From assembly GCF_039654945.1 (NCBI RefSeq), contig NW_027361825.1, positions 14,880,001 to 14,944,000 on the forward strand: a stretch of 64,000 bases of DNA, in the 5' to 3' direction. A program made the translations under genes and the position numbers. The notes under the pieces are model-generated. The model was not told the origin of the DNA and did not search any database. It saw nothing but the letters and a program-made list of their open reading frames with translations. Positions 55,803-64,000 of the stretch are shown in pieces. Within the stretch, counting starts at the first letter, position 1, and every line of letters begins with the position of its first letter. Source of the DNA: Dendrobates tinctorius. Its lineage: Eukaryota.

Positions 55803-56669
55803 TATTCTGTAATCATTCAGAAATATCTATTACAAAAAAATCTTGAAAATGATCTAAACAATTCCCCTGAGTCCACTGATTCCCCATATGAAGTGGAAAA
55901 CTACGGAATCGGCGCACGGCAGGGCTCGGAAAGAAAGGAGCGCCATTTGACTTTGTGCAGTGCAAAATTGGATGAAATAGGACGCCCTGGATGGGCCTAC
56001 ACAGTGGAAACCGCCCCAAAAGTGATCTTATTTTGGAAACTGCACTCCTCAATGAACTTATCTAGAGGCGTGGTGAGCACCTTGAACCCACAGCTGCTTC
56101 AAGGAATTTGATAACGTTTAGCCCTGAAAATGAAAAAATACATTTTTTTCCCACAATAATCTTGATTCAGCCCCAAATTTTTCATTTTCACAAGGGTAAC
56201 AGAAGAAAATAAATCATACAATTTGCTATACCATGTCTTATAGCCAATTTGTGGTGAAAAACTACTGTTTGGGCACACGACAGGGCTTAGAAGAAAAGGA
56301 GTGCCAATTGAATTCTGGATCCCAGTTTTGGCTGGAATAGATTGCGGATGCCATGTCACATTTGAAGAACCCCTGATGTGCCAAAACAACAGAAACCGCG
56401 ACAAGACAAGTGACCCTAATTTGGCTCATGATGAATTTATCTAGATGTGTAGCAAGAACTTTTAACCCTCAGGCGATTCACAGAATTGTATAACATTGGG
56501 TTAAGTCTTTGGAAAATTACCATTTTTTACACTAAAACGTTGCTATTGCACCAAGTTTTTAATTTTCAAAAAAAAATTACAGGAGAAAAAGAACTCTACA
56601 ACTTGTTAAGTAATTTGTCCTGAGTACGCAAATACCCCATATGAAAAATGTGATCAGTTCTGTACTAAT

Positions 56670-57955
56670 ATCCCCTATCCTGGTATACATGGTCCCCTGG
56701 TATATATGGCCCCCTCATCCCTATCCTGGAATACATGGTCCCCTCATCCCATCCTGGTATACGTGGTCCCCCTCATCCGCATCCTGGTATGCATGGACCC
56801 CTCATCTGCATCCTGGTATGCATGGACCCCTCATCCCTATCCTGGTATGCATGTCCCCCTCAATGCTATCCTGGTATACATGGTCCCCCTCATCCCATCC
56901 TGGTATACATGGCCCCCTCATCCCATCCTGGTATACATGGCCCCTCATCCCATCCTGGTATACATGGTCCCCCTCATCCGCATCCTAGTATGCATGGCCC
57001 CCTCATCCCCATCCTGGTATACATGGTCCCCCTCATCCCATCCTGGTATTCATGGTCCCCCTCATCCGCATCCTGGTATGCATGCACCCCTCATCCGTAT
57101 CCTGGTATGCATGGACCCCTCATCCCTATCCTGGTATGCATGTCCCCCTCAATGCTATCCTGGTATGCATAGCCCCTCATCCCTATCCTGGAATACATGG
57201 CCCCCCTCATCCGCATCCTGGTATGCATGGCCCCCTCATCCCCATCCTAGTATACATGGTCCCCCTCATCCCATCCTGGTATACATGGTCCCCCTCATCC
57301 GCATCCTGGTATGCATGCACCCCTCATCCGTATCCTGGTATGCATGGACCCCTCATCCCTATCCTGGTATGCATGTCCCCCTCAATGCTATCCTGCTATG
57401 CATACCCCCTCATCCCTATCCTGGAATACATGGTCCCCCTCATCTGCATCCTGGTATGCATGGCCCCCTCATCCCTCTCCTGGTATGCATGTCCCCCTCA
57501 TTGCTACCCTGGTATGCATGCCCCCTCATCCCTATACTTGTATACATGGCCCCCTCATCCCTATACTTGTATACATGGCCCCCTCATCCCTACCCTGGTA
57601 TGCATAGCATCTTCTTTCCTATCCTGGTATACATGGCCTCCTCATCCCTATCCTGGTATACATGGTCTCCTCATCTCTATCCTGGTATACATAGCCTCCT
57701 CATCCCTATCCTGGTATACATGGCCTCCTCATCCTTATCCTGGTATGCGCGGCCCCCTCATCCCTATCCTGGTATGCATGGCCACCTCATCCCTATCCTG
57801 GTATGCATGGCCCCTTCATTCCTAGCCTGGTAGACATGTCCCCCTTATCCCTATCCTAGTATGCAGGGCTCCCATTTCCGTCCTGGTATTCATGGCCCCA
57901 TCCTTATTCTAGTATGATTGGCCCCCATCCCCGTCCTGCTATGCATGGCCCCCAT
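56670..57955. repeat. Minisatellite of about 30 bp (CCCCTCATCCCTATCCTGGTATGCATGG)
   Basis: Directly visible; it produces the long spurious overlapping ORFs at 56641-57833. Confidence 0.92.
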
Positions 57956-59382
57956 CAGAAAAACATTAAAAGAAACATAAACTATTATACTTACCTTCCC
58001 GCACTCCCTCACAGTGTTTTGTTCCAATGCCATCAGCTGATTTATGCTTGTAAGCGGTGCATGGCAGGGACGTCATGTACTGCTTACAAGCTGAGGACAG
58101 CTTCCAGGACACTCACTGCTTTCCACGCCGGGACTATGTGTTTGGAAAGCAGTGAATATGCATTGCTCTTTCATAGCGGGCACAGTGTTATCCGCAGCTG
58201 CTGGGTTCCTGCAGCAGCTGGGCAGTTACGTGTGCCTGCTATTAAAGGGAATGAATATTCACTTCATTCAACTCCTATGGGACTTCAGGGCAGTGAATAC
58301 TTATTGCCATAAGTAGTGGCCAGGAAGCTGGTTGCTGCGGATAACAGCATTTCTGCTATTAAAGGGAAATTAATATTCACTGCCCACCACACCATTGGGT
58401 GTGGAATGCACTGAATATTCATTTCTCTTTCGTAGCAGGCACAGGAGTTAGCTGCAGCCGCCTGCTCCTGCCCCCTGTCACCCACTGCTCCGCCGCTGCC
58501 GCTCCCCACTACAGCCAGAGCAGGTACATCCAAAATATAAGGCACACCCCCATTTTTCTCCACATTTTTGGAGGAAAAATGTGCGTCTTATAGTCCAAAA
58601 AATGTGATAATTTTGAGGCACAGTGCAAGGCTGAAAAGGAAAGAAGTGCCATAATGGAGTTAAGATTTTGCTGGAATGGTTTGAGGATGCCATGCCACAT
58701 TGGTAGAGCTACGAGATGCCCGAATAGTGGAGTCCCCTGTAAATGACCCCATTTTGTAAACTACACCCCTAACAAATTCATTTAGGGGTGCTGTGAGCAT
58801 GTTGACACAACAGGTAATTCACAGAATTATATACCATTGGGCGGTGAAGAAAGAATAATTACATTTTTACCAGTAAACTGTTGTTTTAACCCTAAATTTT
58901 TCAATTTTCAAGTGCTAATAGGAAAAAAATGGACTTCACAGTTTGTTGTTCAATTTCTCCTGAGTGCACCAATACCCTACATGTAAATGTGAAATACTAT
59001 TCAGGCACAATACAAAGCTCAGAAGGAGCACCATATTATAGCTCATATTTTACTCTTATGGTTTGCGAGTACCAAGACCCACTGGAAGAGCCCATGAGGT
59101 GCCAAAACAGCAGAATCCCACCATAAGTGACCCAATTTTATAAACTACAACTCTCAATGAATTAATCTAGAGGTGCAGTGATCATATTGACACAACAGGT
59201 TTGTCACAGAAATTTATACAATTCGGCAATGAAGAAAACAAAATTAAATTAAAAACACAAAAATGTTGATTTAGCCCCAGATTTTACATTTTCCCACTGG
59301 AAAAAGGGTAGAATAGCACAAAAAATTTTGCTGATGTGCAGTTTTTTATTCTATTGTAGGAGATGTCATCAAAAACATCTTA

Positions 59383-60400
59383 AAGAGTGGTCGTAAATGG
59401 CTGCACATCCAGTTGGAAGAATGTCTCAAGTGGGGTACCACAGGGCTCTGTCCTGGGCCCTGTATTGTTCAACATCTTTATCAACGATTTAGATGAAGGA
59501 ATTGAGGGTAAACTGATTAAATTTGCTGATGACACAAAGCTAGGAGGGATAGCTAATACTAGAGAAGAGAGAGAGAGGATTCAAAAAGATTTAAATAAAC
59601 TGGAGAAGTGGGCAGCAACTAACAGAATGGTTTTTAACAGGGAGAAATGCAAAGTACTACATCTGGGCAATAAAAATGAAAAAAGCATATATAGAATGGG
59701 AGGAATAGGGCTAAGTGACAGCACATGTGAAAAAGACTTGGGTATACTAATAGATCACAGATTGAATATGAGTCAACAGTGTGATGCAGCAGCAAAAAAG
59801 GCAAATGCAATTCTAGGATGTATTAACAGAAGCATACAGTCTAGATCACGTGAAGTCATTATTTCCCTCTACTCCTCTTTGGTCAGACCTCATCTGGAAT
59901 ATTGTGTCCAGTTTTGGGCACCACATTTTAAAAAAGACATCAACAAACTGGAGCAAGTTCAGAGAAGAGCGACCAGAATGGTGACTGGTCTGCAAACCCT
60001 GTCTTATGAGGAAAGGTTGCAGGATTTGGGAATGTTTAGTTTGCAAAAGAGAAGACTGAGAGGAGACTTAATAGCTGTCTACAAATATCTAAAGGGCTGT
60101 CACATTGTAGAAGGATCAATTTTATTCTCATTTGCACAAGGAAAGACTAGAAGCAATGGGATGAAACTGAATGGGAGGAGACACAGATTAGATATTAGAA
60201 AAAACTTTTTGACAGAGTGATCAATGAGTGGAATAGGCTGCCACGAGAAGTGGTGAGTTCTCCTTCAATGGAAGTCTTCAAACAGAGGCTGGACAGACAT
60301 CTGACTGGGATGATTTAGCGAATCCTGCTTTGAGCAGGGGGTTGGACCAGATGGCCCAGGAGGTCCCTTCCAACTCTACGATTCTATGATTCTATGATTC
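59383..60400 (+). mobile_element. CR1 LINE, 5'-truncated; RT C-terminal ORF 59387-60220
   Basis: SGVPQGSVLGP, KFADDTKL and RPHLEYCVQFW motifs; (ATTCTATG)n 3' tail. Confidence 0.95.
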
Positions 60401-60799
60401 TTAAAGTGCGGTGTTCTGATAGGCAGGGGAGTTATGCAGGTGAAAGTGCTTCTACGGGTCTGTAGTAAAACTGCAAAGATTCTGGGTGAGTGCTCCAATC
60501 CTTGCAACTCATATTTTCTACTTAAATGCACCATTCTGAAGTGATCTTAAGGAGACATTCTGAGGTGTTGGCTTATTAACACTACCGAATCCCAGTAATT
60601 GGTGCCTATTTTTTATTTTCAGCACCAAAATTTGTCCCACAATTTCTGTTGAACGTGGGAATACCGCATATGTGTCTGTACCGTACTGCTTAGCCACACA
60701 GTGAGACTCAGGAGGGACGGAACATTATTTGACTATTAGAGAACAAATTATCCTAGAATAGTTTGCGGACCCAATATACAGAGCTCCTAAGTGCTAGAA

Positions 60800-63700
60800 T
60801 AGCTTAGTTACTCACCGATAACGGTGTTTCTCGGAACCCATGACAGCACCACAGAGAGAGGGGATCCGCCCATCCTGGACAGGAACCTACAGATAAAAAG
60901 GGCGGTACCTCCCCTCCGCCTTCAGTTGGTTACAGAGCATCAGAGGGTCTCCAGATTAGTTAAACAGAAGTATATACACAACATTATAATATTGCTTATT
61001 ATCAAGAAGCACCGTGCCTAAACGGAAACACTCCACAGACAGTAAAACGTGCTCACCACACTCATGAAGGGGGGGAATAAGCGGGTGCTGTCATGGGTTC
61101 TGAGAAACACCGTTATCGGTGAGTAACTAAGCTATTCTCTCTCACCCATGACAGCACCACGGAGAGAATTACAGAGATTGGTAGCTTAGGGAGGGACCAC
61201 TGACTGAAGGACCCTTCTCCCGAAGGTCAGGTCGGACATAGAGGCTAGCTCTAAATGATGGTGTCTGAAAAGAGGTAGAAGGTGTTGGCCGGGTGGCCAC
61301 CTTACAGATCTATTCTATCGATACCTCGGATCTTTCAGTCCCCGAGGTCGCTACTGCTCCTGTGGGATGAGCTCTCAACCCCTCCGGAATGATATTCCCA
61401 CTGGATGTATGTGCCAATCGCATCCCTTATCCATCTTGCCAGGGTACTCTTAGATGCTTTGAGTCCCCTCCTAGGTCCCTGGAAACACACAAAGAGAGAG
61501 AGAGAGCCTTCCTTCCTACATCCTTTTGTGGCCTCTAAATACTGAACTAGGCACCTCTTTACATGTAGGGTGTGAAATCTTGCTTCTCCCCTATTCCTGG
61601 GATTTGGGTAGAAGGAAGGAAGGAAGGACTACCTCTTGGGACCTATGAAAAATGTGATGCCACTATAGGTAGATATGCCGGGTCAGGCTTGAAGATGACT
61701 ATCTTCTAGAATTTTGGTCAACAGTGGCGCTGTTGATAGAGCCCGAATATCGCTTACCCTGTGAGATGATGCTAGCACTGCTAGCAGCACAGTTTTAATG
61801 ATAAGATATTAAGGGAAGCTGACTGGATAGGTTCAAATGGGGGACCTGTTAGTGCAGATAGTACGAGATTCGGGTCCCATGATGGTAATTTCAGGCTAAT
61901 TATTGGCCTAGACCTGGTTGCGGCCCTGATAAACCGTGCTACCCAGGGAATTGCCTGCCACATCCTGGTTATAAAAGGCACCTAAGGCCGCTCTCTGTAC
62001 TTTCAGTGTGTTAACCACCAGTCCCTGCTCTAAGCCCCTCTGCAGAAATTCAAGAATTTTGTCAATCTGGACTCCATCCTGGACCCTGGAGGTGGACAGA
62101 AACTTCCTTCAAGTTCTCCCATAGGCTCTTGTCGTGACCGGTTTCCTGCTCTTTTGTAGTGTAGAAACTAGGCTTTCAGAGAAAAACCCTTTCCCTCAGC
62201 AGTGCCCTTTCAAATTCCATGTCTTAATTGGAGGTTCACTGCTCGAGAGTGTAACACTGGTCTCTGAGACAGTAGGTCTGGGAGATCTTGTAGGACCCAA
62301 GGGTCGGTTATTGAGAGCATTCTCAGCCAGGAGAACCAAGTTCTTTTTGGCCAGAAGGGAGCCATTAGTATCATTCTCGCTCCGTCCTCTCTGACTTTCC
62401 TTATGACTGCCGGAATGAGAATGATCGGGGGAAAGGCATACATTAGGCTTTGTGTCCACAGGAGCATAAGAGCATCCAGGGCCCGAGGATTCCCCCTGGG
62501 GTCTAGGGAACGAAAAAAGGTTTCACTTTTTTGTTTTTGTAGTTGGCATACAGATCTATGTCTGGGGTTCCCCACATTTCTACAATCTGCAGAAAAAAGG
62601 ACTGTTTTAGGACCCATTCTCTCTGGCGTAATAATGGTGCGACTCAGAAGGTCTGCTCTCCAGTTCTCTGTTCCCCGTATGTGCAGTGCCGAGAGAGATA
62701 CTCGGATAGGGTGAGGATTTTGGAAGACGTGTTCATTAGGGCTCGGGACCTAGTTCCTCCCTGATGATTTATATAAGCCACCATCACTTGATTGTCCGAA
62801 AATATGCGGACATGATGACCTCACAGCACGGGTAGGAAGTGTGTTAAGGCGTAGCCTACTGCCCAAGTTCCTTTTGGTTCGAGGAGGCTTCTAATTCCTG
62901 GCCTCACCCTTCCCTCTGGGCCACCCTGCTGTTCATATATGCTTCCCATTCTGTGGGACTGGCATCCAGGGTAATTATATGTGTGATTTTTTTTTTTTTA
63001 TCCAAGATATCCCTTTGGATAGGTTGTCTTTGTTTCCACGCCAGGCTAGGAAATGAATAGTTTTAGAATCTAGGTTAATGCGGCCCCTTAAGTGACCTTG
63101 TAATGCTAACTGGCTGGCTAATACATCCCATTGGAGAGATCTCGTATGTAGCTGTGCCCATTGGACCGCCCGTAGGCAGGCAGAGAGAGACCCTAGTAAT
63201 GACATTGCTTTTCGTAGTGTCATGGAAGGGTTCTGAATCGCTCTTGCTACCATTTGAGCCGATGTTTTCTTTTTTGCGGTCCGGGAGGTATTGCTCTTGG
63301 ATGTTTGAGTCCAGTGTTAGTCCTAGGAACTCCCGAACGTGTTGGCTCCAACCTCAATTCTCTCAGGTTCAGAAGCTAGCCGAGGTTCTGTAGAGTGTTA
63401 ACTTTGTCCCTTGGTTCCTTGCATTTTAGGGGCGCGCCGCTATTAAAAGTCGTCCAATATGGGATTATTAATTTGTCCTGCTCCCTTAGGCGGGCCATCA
63501 TTTCTGCTACTAGTTTTGTGAATACTCGTGGGGCTATAGATATTCCGAACAGCAAGGTCCCGTATTGGACCCCTTTTATCTCACCCTCTATAGCGACCGC
63601 CAGTCTAAGGTATTTTCTGGAGTCTTCGTGGATGGAGACATGATAGTACGCATCGCTGAGATCGAATACTGTCCTGAAGCAGTGTGGGAACAGGATTTTG

Positions 63701-64000
63701 ATGGTTAATTAGATTGACTCCATTTTGAATTTTTGTTTTTTGACATAAACGTTTAGACTTTTCAAATTTATAATTATCTGGAAGGTGCCGTCCGGTTTGG
63801 TCACCAGAAAAAGAGGGGAATAGAAGAATCTGCCCCTCTCCTGCAGGGAAACCTCATGCAGGACTCCTTTCTTTACTAAGCTTAGGACCTCATTTTCGAG
63901 CGCTTTTATTCTCGTATAGAGGATCTTAGTGGAGTTACTACGTATTTTTTGAGGTGGGAGAGAGAGAGAAAGTCTATCCTTAGGCCCGAGGCGATCAGAA
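60800..64000 (-). mobile_element. Second, more degenerate DIRS1-like element running off the window
   Basis: Terminal/ICR repeats (GTTACTCACCGATAACGGTGTTTCTC at about 60807, inverted at about 61102-61127), and fragments WDPNLVLSAL, YAFPP and LLGSL on the minus strand with many stops. Confidence 0.85.

Larger units (their letters stand above)
55815..60800. repeat. Diverged array of about 390-bp satellite-element units, interrupted by a minisatellite-bearing MITE and a CR1
   Basis: Repeated GACCCCATTTT...AAACTAC, ATCTAG and TCCTGAGT motifs homologous to the 24480-27550 units. Confidence 0.55.

Noticed and set aside
56641-57833. Long overlapping ORFs (up to 375 aa) rich in P/H/W/S
   Set aside because: They are translations of a minisatellite of about 30 bp, open in several frames.
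43900-64000. A BST2/tetherin-like gene upstream of MVB12A, as in mammals
   Set aside because: The region is almost entirely transposon-derived and no transmembrane/coiled-coil exon was recognised. Absence cannot be proven by eye.

Overview
Repeat-rich vertebrate DNA. The transposon repertoire (T2/Kolobok MITEs, DIRS, V-SINE, L2, CR1, Tc1, Harbinger) points to an anuran amphibian, which is an inference. Host genes were rebuilt by hand from splice signals. (1) MVB12A (ESCRT-I subunit) is on the minus strand with 9 coding exons (42122 to 23832, 267 aa) and a housekeeping-type promoter near 43.7 kb. (2) Convergent with it on the plus strand is an apparently complete AID/APOBEC-family cytidine deaminase gene. 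Its catalytic exon is 12943-13324 (HAE-x24-PC-x2-C, SWSPC) and its terminal exon is 18051-18157, giving 162 aa. It is preceded by a candidate promoter with two ISRE/IRF elements and a TATA box at 10846-10985. (3) The terminal exon of a second, diverged APOBEC paralogue lies at 3553-3677, and its catalytic exon is probably upstream of the window. The main hypothesis is a tandem, interferon-inducible APOBEC cluster at a locus not syntenic with mammalian AICDA/APOBEC1/2/3/4, an amphibian analogue of the APOBEC3 array. The rest is nested transposons: an intact DD34E Tc1, a DD36E Tc1 inside a full-length two-gene Harbinger inside an L2, two DIRS elements, LTRs, CR1, satellite-bearing TTAA elements and many MITEs.
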